Positions 27,832 through 36,800 of a stretch of DNA of 48,610 nt are shown in pieces. Position 1 is the stretch's first letter; each line of letters opens with the position of its first letter. The stretch is from positions 1-48,610 of the forward strand of contig JALWBS010000005.1 of NCBI GenBank assembly GCA_027037025.1. The letters are read 5' to 3'. The notes under the pieces were generated by a model. It was not told the origin of the DNA, made no database searches, and saw only the letters and a program-made list of their open reading frames with translations. The DNA is from Desulfurococcales archaeon (GTDB taxonomy: Archaea > Thermoproteota > Thermoprotei_A > Sulfolobales > Ignisphaeraceae). The translations under genes were made by a program, and so were the position numbers.

Positions 27832-28518
27832 TCATCTCGTGAAGAACAGCATCATTATTCCTACGATTATGGCTATCGTCGATACGAATAGGCTGTTCGG
27901 CACCTCGAATCCTAGGTATGCGAATGCTGGTATCAGCGCTCCGTAGAGTATCAACCCTAGTGCGCACATCTTCACGCTTCCCCTCATGGCTAACCCTATT
28001 AGTATCGCTATCGGTAGCAAGGATATGAGCATCCTTATCTGAGCCGGTATATACGGTGTGAAAGGTATTTTCGGAACCTCTTCGTCTGCGAGCACCTCCC
28101 CGTTTCTTGCGTTCACCACCTTTACGCGCACAACCATGTAGGTACCAACGTCGAGATCTGCGTAGGCTCGGCAAAATCCGTAGCTCGGGAAGCAGATGGC
28201 TTGGAGATCCGTGAACGAAACCACTTGTTGCTGAGAGGTGTTCGGGTCGTACACGATCACGGTTGTTGGTATGCACTCCTCGCTGTAGTTAGACGTTGAA
28301 AATACGCAGAAGTACACGACTCTGAGAATAGACGAGTTGAGCCAGCCAACTCTTATCGTCGTAGCGTTGAAGTGGAGGACAACGGCTTGCCTAAAAGCTA
28401 CGTAGATCGTGCTGTTGGTTATGGTCACGGTCACGACCTGCGCGTAGACAAAGAGCGTGGCGAGCACGAGCGTCGCGGCAATCACTAGCAGTAGCGGAGC
28501 TAGCCGTACAGCCTCCAA
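27832..28518 (-). CDS. membrane glycoprotein-like protein
   Basis: Start re-called to TTG 28518 (MEAVRLAPLLLVIAATLVLATLF signal/anchor), overlapping the lectin-like gene end by 19 nt. Carries N-x-S/T sequons and C-terminal TM helices. The start is uncertain. Confidence 0.45.
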   Translation of the reverse strand: MEAVRLAPLLLVIAATLVLATLFVYAQVVTVTITNSTIYVAFRQAVVLHFNATTIRVGWLNSSILRVVYFCVFSTSNYSEECIPTTVIVYDPNTSQQQVVSFTDLQAICFPSYGFCRAYADLDVGTYMVVRVKVVNARNGEVLADEEVPKIPFTPYIPAQIRMLISLLPIAILIGLAMRGSVKMCALGLILYGALIPAFAYLGFEVPNSLFVSTIAIIVGIMMLFFTR

Positions 28519-31037
28519 AGCGTTATCCCCACAACGAACAGTATCGTGAACAAGACTAAAAATCCGAGTCCGAACCAAATCAAAGAGATTACGAGCATGA
28601 GCGCGGAGCTCACCGCAAGAGCTTTGTACCAAGGCTCTATCCTTGCATAGACAATGAATATCGCTAGGTATATGGCCAGCACAATTAAGCCCTCCGGACT
28701 GAAGAGCGATGGTTTTGAGAGTCTGAATATCGAGATCGCTACGGGTGACAACGTGATGTTTAGCGGGGACGTGTACGTTAGCGGAGGCGGTGTTATGGTC
28801 GTTGTCGTGGTTGGTGGTGGGGGAGGTGTGTATTTCTCTACGAATATGCATGGATCTATCCAATCCGTTGGGTAGGTGTAGCTATATATAGACGTGGAGT
28901 TTCCTATGATGCCCACGTGCGCAACTATCATTAGATCGACGTAGTAGGGATACCCACCGAATACATAGGCTGTGTCTAGGTTCGTCACTGGATCGCTATC
29001 TACGTACCTAGCCTCTCCGAGGAGCTTGTTACCAACGTCGTTCAGAACCGATGCCGATACATACGCTTTTCCGTTTCTGTAGCAAATCTCTAGCCTAGCT
29101 TGGTACCACATCTTCACCGGGTTGATTCCGAGGTTCGTGCTAGCAACGAGTGCACCGCCGTAGTTGCTCCTCTTATCGATGCCCACAATGGGAGGAGATC
29201 CGTGACCCACGGCGATTCCGTAGCCGTACCCGCTCGAATTCACCAATCCTATCCTATCGAAGTACGCTGTCGATGTTACGTTCCTCTCCATCCACGCAAT
29301 CATTTCGTAGCAACCGACGGGCGGCAAAGTGTTTCCAAGGCTCTTAACGCCTCCGTTAGGATCTGGATATTGGTCTTTCTTCAGCGAGAACTCTCCTTCG
29401 AACGCGGTTTCATTGCTCTGCTCAACTACTCCAGATCCGTGCTGTGTCCAGCCGCTCCAAGTCTCGAACGTGTCTATCAATCCTCCGTAGCTCGACGAGA
29501 AGTTTATCACTACGGTCGAAGAGTTGCCGCTCACGTTCATCCATACGTAGTACACGCCGCTGTAGCTAATCGTAGCGTTGAAGAGTAGCAACGGTTTGTG
29601 AACCTCTACGAAGCCCGGTACGTATAGTGGCATGCCTACCCCGACGATTCCTCCCGTAGCGTTGAGGAGGTATATCGGCGCGCTGAAGTTCTTTGCTTCT
29701 TCGAGCGAGAGTATGTCGTTGTATACCTCCGAAGGGATCTCTACCGTGAACAAGCCCTGTGCTTCGGTAGCGTTGAGATCGATGATTATCGGTAGCTCGT
29801 ATACACCAACGTTCTTCGTCTTAAGCGATCCGTAGTACACGAATAGGTAGTGATAACCAGCGGTTACGTTGCTCGGCACATAGAATGCGACCACAAGCGT
29901 GTAGTTGGGAAAGACGTAGACCGCTCCATCGATGTGCATATCGTCTAGTGCTAGCCACACCGATCCGTTGCCCTCGATATCCTTCGCGTAGCCTGTTCTT
30001 ACGACAACCATTTGCCAACCGCTACTCTTTATCAACACGAGTATTGGGAAGCGGTAACGATACGACGTGTTCAGCCATGGAAACCTATCCGGCGCTAGAA
30101 TAACCGTGCCGTTAGGATAGCTAATTAGGTAGCACGCGTTTGGAGCGAGTGCGTAGTAGCTAGGAGATACGCTGTAGTTCAGCTGGTTGAAGCTTCCTCG
30201 CGTTGTTGAAACCGATTGCTTTATCGAGTAGCTAAACACGTTGAAGCTACCGATCGTATGCGACGTGCTTTGGATGAACGAGATCGATAAAACGTTGAAG
30301 CTACCCTTAGACGATGAGAAGCTAGGTACTATGGATATGGTGGTGTTTTGAATTACTAGAGGCATCGAAACGCTGTTCTGAACCGTGAAGTACCGAACCT
30401 CGAATTCATCAGCGGATCCACTAGTAGCTCCAGAGATAAACACGCCGTAGCCGTAGATCGTCAGCGAGCCGCTGTAGCTCAAAACAAGTTCTCCATCTAC
30501 GTACACCTCCACCGAGGTGTTAGACACTATAATCGTGCAGTTGTGCCACGTATTGGGTGTGAACGCGAAGGAGACGCTCGTGTTGTACACCACGTGCTTC
30601 GAAACCGATGCGTTTATCAACGCTATGTGGGGAGCCGACGGATCAAACGAGTTCTGATACTCATCGAACTCGATGCCCCACGCAGGAGAGTTACCGAAGC
30701 CCAGCTGACCACCTCCTAACCCAGATAGCGAAGGTAGCTTAGCTAGATCGGCGAAGAAACCAATTACAAAACCATCGGCTCTCTGACCATCAGTATCAAC
30801 GATTCTGTACTGAAACGAAATAACGAAACTACTGTTCTCCGGCAACCATATAAACGGAATAGCTCTACCAACGCTCCACGCACGCTCGTAGGTCAACGTA
30901 ATAGCATCGTCAGCCGGAACATACCTAGCATCGCCCTCCAACCACCAACCACTAAACGAAAACCAGCTACTACTAGCAAGCAAGCTAAGTACAGCAATAG
31001 ATAGCAACACGACGGAGAGAACAAAGAACTTACGCAT
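28500..31037 (-). CDS. secreted/anchored L-type lectin (ConA-like) domain glycoprotein (845 aa)
   Basis: Signal/anchor MRKFFVLSVVLLSIAVLSLLA. ADGFVIGFF...GGGQLGF...WGIEFDEYQNSFDPSAPHIALINASVS matches the legume-lectin signature. Many N-x-S/T sequons, a PPPPPTTTTTITPPP linker and C-terminal TM helices. Confidence 0.8.
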   Translation of the reverse strand: MRKFFVLSVVLLSIAVLSLLASSSWFSFSGWWLEGDARYVPADDAITLTYERAWSVGRAIPFIWLPENSSFVISFQYRIVDTDGQRADGFVIGFFADLAKLPSLSGLGGGQLGFGNSPAWGIEFDEYQNSFDPSAPHIALINASVSKHVVYNTSVSFAFTPNTWHNCTIIVSNTSVEVYVDGELVLSYSGSLTIYGYGVFISGATSGSADEFEVRYFTVQNSVSMPLVIQNTTISIVPSFSSSKGSFNVLSISFIQSTSHTIGSFNVFSYSIKQSVSTTRGSFNQLNYSVSPSYYALAPNACYLISYPNGTVILAPDRFPWLNTSYRYRFPILVLIKSSGWQMVVVRTGYAKDIEGNGSVWLALDDMHIDGAVYVFPNYTLVVAFYVPSNVTAGYHYLFVYYGSLKTKNVGVYELPIIIDLNATEAQGLFTVEIPSEVYNDILSLEEAKNFSAPIYLLNATGGIVGVGMPLYVPGFVEVHKPLLLFNATISYSGVYYVWMNVSGNSSTVVINFSSSYGGLIDTFETWSGWTQHGSGVVEQSNETAFEGEFSLKKDQYPDPNGGVKSLGNTLPPVGCYEMIAWMERNVTSTAYFDRIGLVNSSGYGYGIAVGHGSPPIVGIDKRSNYGGALVASTNLGINPVKMWYQARLEICYRNGKAYVSASVLNDVGNKLLGEARYVDSDPVTNLDTAYVFGGYPYYVDLMIVAHVGIIGNSTSIYSYTYPTDWIDPCIFVEKYTPPPPPTTTTTITPPPLTYTSPLNITLSPVAISIFRLSKPSLFSPEGLIVLAIYLAIFIVYARIEPWYKALAVSSALMLVISLIWFGLGFLVLFTILFVVGITLWRLYG
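30172..30335 (-). repeat. in-frame 3 x 54-bp tandem repeat inside the lectin-like gene (approximate bounds)
   Basis: gttgaagct recurs at 30186, 30240 and 30294 (period 54). It encodes KGSFNVLSISFIQSTSHT / IGSFNVFSYSIKQSVSTT / RGSFNQLNYSVSPSYYAL. Confidence 0.7.
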
Positions 31038-31038
31038 A

Positions 31039-32133
31039 TCAACCTACCCTAACCTCAACATTCAACTTCATCCACTCACTCCACGACAACACAACAGAGT
31101 TAGAACTAGAAATAGGGCTAACTATAATAAGAAGGGGAGGCGCATAATTCCAAGGTAGCCAGCCACCATTATACCAATAATCTCTAGCTATCGAGATTTC
31201 AATAGCAACAGTTCCAAGCTCTACTTTAGAAGGTGGAGATATCCAGTAGGATATTGATACTGCTGTAGGTGTAGTAGATGTATTGATACTTAGAATATAG
31301 TCTCCACTTATACATGTAGTTGGTAGATTAGATGTTGTTGATGATGCTGAATAGCTAAAGTATGGACAAAAGTGCACAGTTAGCTTAGTGTCATAGAGAT
31401 AAACAACATCGGCAGCAAATGGTTGTCCGATTACACCTAATCCGAATGAGAATATTAAGTGCCAATACGACGTGGTTAGTGGAGGTGTATAAGAGACATT
31501 TATTACGTATTCTATCAACAATGGTGATGCTGGTGAAACATCTATATTAACATTGTCGTAGAGCATAAGAACATCTACTGTTTTTGAGCGTTCTGCTGAG
31601 TGATATGTCATGATATATCCAACCTCGGTTATGGTATAGTTAGATGTAAAGAAGATCAATCCTTTTATTACTGCTATGGCATAGCTATTTGTCTCTGTAA
31701 AGTTCGTTAGTACATTAGATGTGCAAGACAGGGTTTGTACAAGATTAGTTGTAGAATATGGACTTGTACTCGACCCTGTTCCTACACATATCTTTTTTGA
31801 TTGAACATGATATATTTCGTTTAGTTCTTGTCCGCTTGTTGTTATTATCTTACCATTACCTCCTAAAAAGGCAAGCATTAGTTCGTAGAGGTTCTTTGTT
31901 GGTGGGTCTGGATCACTATATACAAGTTCTTTTGTTCCGTTTGGAAGTAGTTTGTATATTCGTAGATCTATGGATATGCTTCTGTTTAGTACCTCCTTAA
32001 CTTTTTTCATTAGCTCGTTACTCTGTTCTGTTGAAGATAGTTTGATTCGTTGCTGTGCTACATGTATGTATGGAATGATGAGTGCTATGATAATCATCGA
32101 TGCGATTGTTATGGATATGATAAGTTTGTGCAT
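31039..32133 (-). CDS. membrane-anchored Ser/Thr-rich extracellular protein
   Basis: ATG 32133 preceded by GGTGA 5 nt upstream. N-terminal anchor MHKLIISITIASMIIIALII. Visibly AT-richer than its neighbours. Confidence 0.65.
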   Translation of the reverse strand: MHKLIISITIASMIIIALIIPYIHVAQQRIKLSSTEQSNELMKKVKEVLNRSISIDLRIYKLLPNGTKELVYSDPDPPTKNLYELMLAFLGGNGKIITTSGQELNEIYHVQSKKICVGTGSSTSPYSTTNLVQTLSCTSNVLTNFTETNSYAIAVIKGLIFFTSNYTITEVGYIMTYHSAERSKTVDVLMLYDNVNIDVSPASPLLIEYVINVSYTPPLTTSYWHLIFSFGLGVIGQPFAADVVYLYDTKLTVHFCPYFSYSASSTTSNLPTTCISGDYILSINTSTTPTAVSISYWISPPSKVELGTVAIEISIARDYWYNGGWLPWNYAPPLLIIVSPISSSNSVVLSWSEWMKLNVEVRVG

Positions 32134-32233
32134 TTTTTCACCAGTGCTAGTTCTACTCAAGAAAATTTCTGTTTTTAGCGATTAGTTTCGTTGTGGTGTC
32201 TGGGTTTTGAATCGCTGTACCTAGTTTGTTTCG

Positions 32234-32875
32234 GTGTTTGGTTTGGATTGCAGGACTCTTAGGGAGCTTGTTAGGGATTTGCTGTGTTCTGCGTATTTCG
32301 AGACTAGGTTTGAGAGGGGTGATCCTAGGACTATTAGTGTTACTGAGGTTACTCAGTGTCTTAGATACTCGTGGTTCGCTAGGAGGGAGCCTAAGTGTAT
32401 TCCGCAGGTCGTAACGTTGTTGCTGGGTGTTGAGGGTCACAAGCTGTTTTTGTCGAAGCTCCAGAGCTATGGCTTCATAACGGAGAAGCTCGTGGCTGAG
32501 AGGAGGGATGGTGTTAAGCTGGTTGGTAGGTGCGATGCTTGGCACCCGGATCTCGACGTGGTTGTGGAGTTCAAGACGTGTAGAAAGGTTCCTCCCGAGC
32601 CCTACGATGACCACGTGTTTCAGGCTAGGATATACGCCGAGCTTCTTAGGGCTAGAAACATATTTATCGTGTACGTCGCTAGGGAGATGCCCTACGACGT
32701 GAAGGTGTTCAGCGTTTCTCCCAAGCATGTGCTGGACAAAGCTTTTGAGAGGGCTAAGATTCTGAGTAGATGCTTGGAGAAAGCCGAGATCCCTCCGAGG
32801 GATCGCGGTAGGTGGTGTAGGTACTGTCCATACAGCTTCGAGTGTGCGAAGTATGGAGATGGACGAAGATCTTAG
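32234..32875 (+). CDS. Cas4-like PD-(D/E)xK nuclease with Fe-S cysteines (stand-alone)
   Basis: N-terminal Cys (VTQCLRY), RCDAW...VVEFKT (D...ExK), QARIY, and C-terminal CRYCPYSFEC (C-x2-C-x5-C). Confidence 0.8.
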   Translation: MFGLDCRTLRELVRDLLCSAYFETRFERGDPRTISVTEVTQCLRYSWFARREPKCIPQVVTLLLGVEGHKLFLSKLQSYGFITEKLVAERRDGVKLVGRCDAWHPDLDVVVEFKTCRKVPPEPYDDHVFQARIYAELLRARNIFIVYVAREMPYDVKVFSVSPKHVLDKAFERAKILSRCLEKAEIPPRDRGRWCRYCPYSFECAKYGDGRRS

Positions 32876-33311
32876 GCGCTTCTGTGAGTACCTAGTTCTT
32901 CGAGCGCTGAGCGACGAGAAGGAGTTCGTGGAGGTTATGTGTGCCGTCCTAGTATGCGGCGCGGGATCGAAGAGGTCGTGCAGATCCCTCCACGACTACA
33001 AGAGGTGGCAAAGAGCTACCGCGCTAGCCTCGCTGGGTAGAAGGCTTGTGGAGAGATACGGTATGGATACGATGATCAAGCTACTCAGCTCCATACTCAT
33101 GCTAGAGCCCATAGTTGTTAAAAGAGGTAGGAGCAGGCTGTGCAAGATATGCGGTAGATACCTTAGGAGGGGAGACGGTCACCTAATGGAGAAGCACATG
33201 TCTGCGGTGAAGGAAGCCGTTGATAGGGTTCTCCAGATAGCGCTCGACCCAAGCACCGTGACCCCCAACGCGTGTCTATCGGTGTGCAGATTCCTAGAGC
33301 TAGCTCCCTAG
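32853..33311 (+). CDS. C2H2 zinc-finger protein, third paralog of the HTH/ZnF family
   Basis: FCEYLVLRALSDEKEFVEVM and LEPIVVKRGRSRLCKICGRYL...HLMEKH align with 2958..3452. ATG 32853 (ORF-track GTG 32844). Overlaps the Cas4-like gene end. Confidence 0.6.
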   Translation: MEMDEDLRRFCEYLVLRALSDEKEFVEVMCAVLVCGAGSKRSCRSLHDYKRWQRATALASLGRRLVERYGMDTMIKLLSSILMLEPIVVKRGRSRLCKICGRYLRRGDGHLMEKHMSAVKEAVDRVLQIALDPSTVTPNACLSVCRFLELAP

Positions 33312-34145
33312 CTTAGCGGTTTGCAGACATAGATGAACGATTCTCTCGATGTCTTCCTTGGTGAAGGACTCGATGGGCTTGTTCACCACTGCTAGGAATC
33401 CGTTGGGGTGTAGGAACACCACTTCGTACGCCTCCCTCAGCTTGGATAGGTCTATCCTTGGGTAGAGCGGCGAGAACTGGTTCTTTATAACCGATGTTTG
33501 CCTCGGGTTCCTAGTGTTCGGCGCTATGAGTATATCCGCTCCGCTCACCTCGAACACCACGTTCATCGGAACCTTTCTCGGATCCACCGTGGTTAGCGCA
33601 ACCCTAACGTCGTCGATTGTGAACACCTTCGTCTTCCTGCTCGCCTCGAAGTACGCGTTCACCAAGTTGCTGAAGTTCTCGCCCACCTCCCTAGATGGCT
33701 CGGTGAGCATCGTCGGTATCAAGAGCATTTCCAGCCCAACGGGATCAACGATGCCGAACCTCTCGTCAGCCGCCTTCACCCCGAACCTATCCCTGTAATC
33801 GATGTACTCCAGAAGCTTGCGTAGCCTAGGAACGTTCATCGCCTTCTCGTATAGATCCGGGAACTCTCCCTTCAGCACGAGTATCAGCGAGCACGGCAAG
33901 TCAATTGATTGGTGATGATCGTAGAACACCGCAGGCACACCACCTACGCTACCCTCACCGAGCCTCCCACCAACATCGACGACAATTACCTTCTCCGGCT
34001 TCAGCTCCTCAACAACCCTCTCAAGCTCTCGAAGGTTCCTAACCGTCACAACCCTAGAATCCGGATACTTCCAGAGCAGTAGGGATACAGCTAGGTAGTC
34101 ATCTAGGTGCCTAGGCTTTGGATGTGTAGCTATGAGCACGACCAT
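33300..34145 (-). CDS. MYG1/UPF0160-like (DHH-type) metal-dependent exonuclease/phosphoesterase
   Basis: IATHPKPRHLDDYLAVSLLL ... VIVVDVGG ... FYDHHQ reproduces the MYG1-family motif order. Confidence 0.65.
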   Translation of the reverse strand: MVVLIATHPKPRHLDDYLAVSLLLWKYPDSRVVTVRNLRELERVVEELKPEKVIVVDVGGRLGEGSVGGVPAVFYDHHQSIDLPCSLILVLKGEFPDLYEKAMNVPRLRKLLEYIDYRDRFGVKAADERFGIVDPVGLEMLLIPTMLTEPSREVGENFSNLVNAYFEASRKTKVFTIDDVRVALTTVDPRKVPMNVVFEVSGADILIAPNTRNPRQTSVIKNQFSPLYPRIDLSKLREAYEVVFLHPNGFLAVVNKPIESFTKEDIERIVHLCLQTAKLGS

Positions 34146-34172
34146 GGTTCCACAAGTGGAGATCCGCGGATT

Positions 34173-34188
34173 GAAAATAAAAACTTTG
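34173..34188 (-). promoter_or_regulatory. TATA-like box (AAAGTTTTTATTTTC on minus strand)
   Basis: About 30-40 nt upstream of ATG 34145. Confidence 0.4.
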
Positions 34189-34189
34189 A

Positions 34190-35926
34190 TTATGGATTTA
34201 CCTCGATCACTTGTAGCTGAACAGCCATGTCGTACCCGTTCAAAACGTTGTGCAGGGATATGGCTAGGCTGTTATCGACTACGAAGGTTAGGGTTATCGT
34301 CGCGTAGTAGTAGTAGCTACTCACGCTTATTGGAATGGTTTTCGAAGCTCCGTCGAGGTATATAGTCATCGAGTCGAAGTCCGCCCAATCCGTGGTTATG
34401 GACACTATCACTACTCCGTGCCAGCTGATGTTGAGGATGGTCGTGGTGGATCCATCGGATGTGAGAACCGAGTATATCCTTATGCCGCTAAGCTTCGATA
34501 GGAAGTCCTTGTTGATCGCGTAGTGGGTAGCCAAGCCGTATGGATAGATCTTGGCTACCTCGTGGTACGTAGCCCCGTTGTCGTTGGTGTAGCGAAACAC
34601 CATCGATCCGTCCGGGTAGTAATCTATCTCCCAGCCGCTACTCGTCGATGATATGGATCCCCATCTACCTCCCTCCGTGAGCCGTAGGTAGTCGGTGTAC
34701 ACCGCGTTAGCCCTTATGCTACCCGCTACGTCGAGCATGTACTGCGGATTGGTCGTTCCTATACCGACGTAGCCGTTGGGTAGCCACGACATCACCGGAG
34801 TGTTGTTGGCTAGGATGCTCACCCTAGCGTTGTCCGGGAAGTAATCGAAGTGCCAACCCGTTGGCTTTCCTCCCTCGGTTATCGAGAAGTAGTCTGCGAG
34901 AACGCTCGCACCAATCGCTCTGATATCACCCGCAACGTCTAGTCGGTACTGCGGGTTGTCGGTTCCTATACCGACCTTTATGTAGCTCGGGTTGTTGCTG
35001 AAGTACACCAAGCCGCTGGGGTTGTAGGAGCTCCAAGCCGGGTGGATTATCATTGCAGATCCGTTGAACTCCAGATCGTTGTCAGCGCCGAAGAACATCT
35101 TGAAGTACCTACCGCTAGGTGTACACACCATTAGTGTGCCAACGACCTCCAGATTGGCTCTGGGAGAAGCCGTTCCGATACCAAGCTCGCTGACGTTGAG
35201 GATGGCGTGACCGTTCGCGTTGAGATCCTTCTCCAAGGTGTAGTACTTGATCAAGTCCCAGCTATCCACAACGCTCTTGTTATAGAAGTTCTGCTCTACC
35301 CACAGCCTCAGCGCCGATACGTTGCCGAGTATCAGGGAATCTACGCTTTGCCTAGGGTAGAACTCCTTCTCAGCCCAAGACATTACCTCTGAGACGTTTC
35401 CGAGTATCAGCTGATCGACCAGCGTCTTGTTGTAGTAGAGCTCCGCGATCATCGAAGCTAGCTTAGAGACGTTTCCCTCCACGTTGGTATCGACGTACTT
35501 CCTAAGATCGGCGAAGCTAGTGTTTAGGTAGCTCATTAATAAATTGACAAACTTACTGAAGTTCTCGTCGAACTCGTTCTTGAGCTCGGTCACAGCGTTG
35601 TCAATATAGGTAATAACCTCGCTCTTGTTTCCGAGCACGTTGGTATCGACGTAGCTCTTCGACGCCGCGAACCTAGCTATCTCCATATCGATAGCCTTGT
35701 CGAGCTCCATGCCGTTGTAGTACGTCTCCTTAGGTAGGTAAACCCCGCTTAGGTTCAGAACCAGTAGCGTCTTGTAGTAGGTGTAGTTGAACCACTTTAT
35801 GTAGACGCTGGAACCGGATTGGTAGAAGTATATGCCTCCGCTACTCTGCGCAAGTATAGCGGTTGCTATGATTATCCCGCTGAGCACGAGGGATAAGGTA
35901 GATACTATCAATGCCTTCCTATCCAT
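34190..35926 (-). CDS. tail-fibre-like / receptor-binding-like glycoprotein
   Basis: ATG 35926 (ORF-track TTG 35944) and an N-terminal anchor. Four YVDTNVxGNxSxx-type repeats and three IGT-x2-P-x3-L(E/D)V-x-G repeats (IGTASPRANLEVVG, IGTDNPQYRLDVAG, IGTTNPQYMLDVAG). Confidence 0.7.
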   Translation of the reverse strand: MDRKALIVSTLSLVLSGIIIATAILAQSSGGIYFYQSGSSVYIKWFNYTYYKTLLVLNLSGVYLPKETYYNGMELDKAIDMEIARFAASKSYVDTNVLGNKSEVITYIDNAVTELKNEFDENFSKFVNLLMSYLNTSFADLRKYVDTNVEGNVSKLASMIAELYYNKTLVDQLILGNVSEVMSWAEKEFYPRQSVDSLILGNVSALRLWVEQNFYNKSVVDSWDLIKYYTLEKDLNANGHAILNVSELGIGTASPRANLEVVGTLMVCTPSGRYFKMFFGADNDLEFNGSAMIIHPAWSSYNPSGLVYFSNNPSYIKVGIGTDNPQYRLDVAGDIRAIGASVLADYFSITEGGKPTGWHFDYFPDNARVSILANNTPVMSWLPNGYVGIGTTNPQYMLDVAGSIRANAVYTDYLRLTEGGRWGSISSTSSGWEIDYYPDGSMVFRYTNDNGATYHEVAKIYPYGLATHYAINKDFLSKLSGIRIYSVLTSDGSTTTILNISWHGVVIVSITTDWADFDSMTIYLDGASKTIPISVSSYYYYATITLTFVVDNSLAISLHNVLNGYDMAVQLQVIEVNP

Positions 35927-35983
35927 ACCCAGCACCGTAGTCAATTCAACGTTTCGAGATCAAAAAGCTTTGGAGAAATAACA

Positions 35984-35994
35984 CGGTTTATTCA
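35984..35994 (+). promoter_or_regulatory. TATA-like box (CGGTTTATTCA)
   Basis: 30 nt upstream of ATG 36024. GGGTGAG SD-like site in between. Confidence 0.4.
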
Positions 35995-36023
35995 CCGCGA
36001 TCAACGATGTTACGGGTGAGCAA

Positions 36024-36734
36024 ATGGTTTCGAAGGTCGAGCACGAGATTAGGCGAGCAATGCTACGAGCCGTGAAGAACGATAAGCTACCGATAGTCGT
36101 TACCTACGAGAGGAAGCCCGGCGAGATCAACGTGCTTAGAATCGCGTGCAACGGTCCGATCATTCCAGAGGGTTTTAGATGGGATAGCAAGATCACGTAC
36201 CTCTACCCGGTGCCGATAAACGCGCTGTTCGTTGTCTACGCGGAGTACCGCTACGACCCTAGGAAGGGTGTGAACGCCGTCGAGATAGGTCTCGGAATGC
36301 CAACGGTGGTGAAGCTGAAGAGGCTTAGAAAGCCGAAGATACCATTCGTCCCCGAGATCGTTCCGATAGCGAAGTTCGTATTCTACTACCCGAAGAACAT
36401 GTCCGCGTTCGCACCCGAAACCTTCTCGTGGCTCGTAACTAGGATAGACGCCGAGCTTAGGAAAGCCCTCGGAGACACGCTCTACTCAAAGTTCTTCCTA
36501 GGCAACTACACAACGCTTTCGAATCGCGAAATCGAGGCGCTCCTAGAGGCGTTTAAGAAGGTAGTGGAGCTACTCACGACGAGGATGGGATACCCATCGA
36601 TTGGTCTAAAAGCCGAGCGCATATCGTATAGTCAGATCAGGAACGCGAACGATATTATGAAGATGATTAGGGAGAGGAAGAAGCTCGTTAGGGAGTACCT
36701 GAGGAAGGTCGAGGAGAAAACCAAGAAAGAATAG
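36024..36734 (+). CDS. hypothetical protein
   Basis: 236-codon ORF with promoter-like and SD-like signals. Confidence 0.65.
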   Translation: MVSKVEHEIRRAMLRAVKNDKLPIVVTYERKPGEINVLRIACNGPIIPEGFRWDSKITYLYPVPINALFVVYAEYRYDPRKGVNAVEIGLGMPTVVKLKRLRKPKIPFVPEIVPIAKFVFYYPKNMSAFAPETFSWLVTRIDAELRKALGDTLYSKFFLGNYTTLSNREIEALLEAFKKVVELLTTRMGYPSIGLKAERISYSQIRNANDIMKMIRERKKLVREYLRKVEEKTKKE

Positions 36735-36800
36735 AGTTATAAAGCCGCGCGGCATAGAAACACATCGATCGCGTAGGAAGCGAGTAAATAAATAAGGAGT

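Noticed and set aside
27827-29588. Overlapping ORFs 27827..28276 (-), 28654..28875 (+), 29100..29588 (+), 29821..30018 (-)
   Set aside because: These are Arg/His/Ser-rich alternative frames of the glycoprotein genes. The frames retained show signal peptides, sequons and TM helices.
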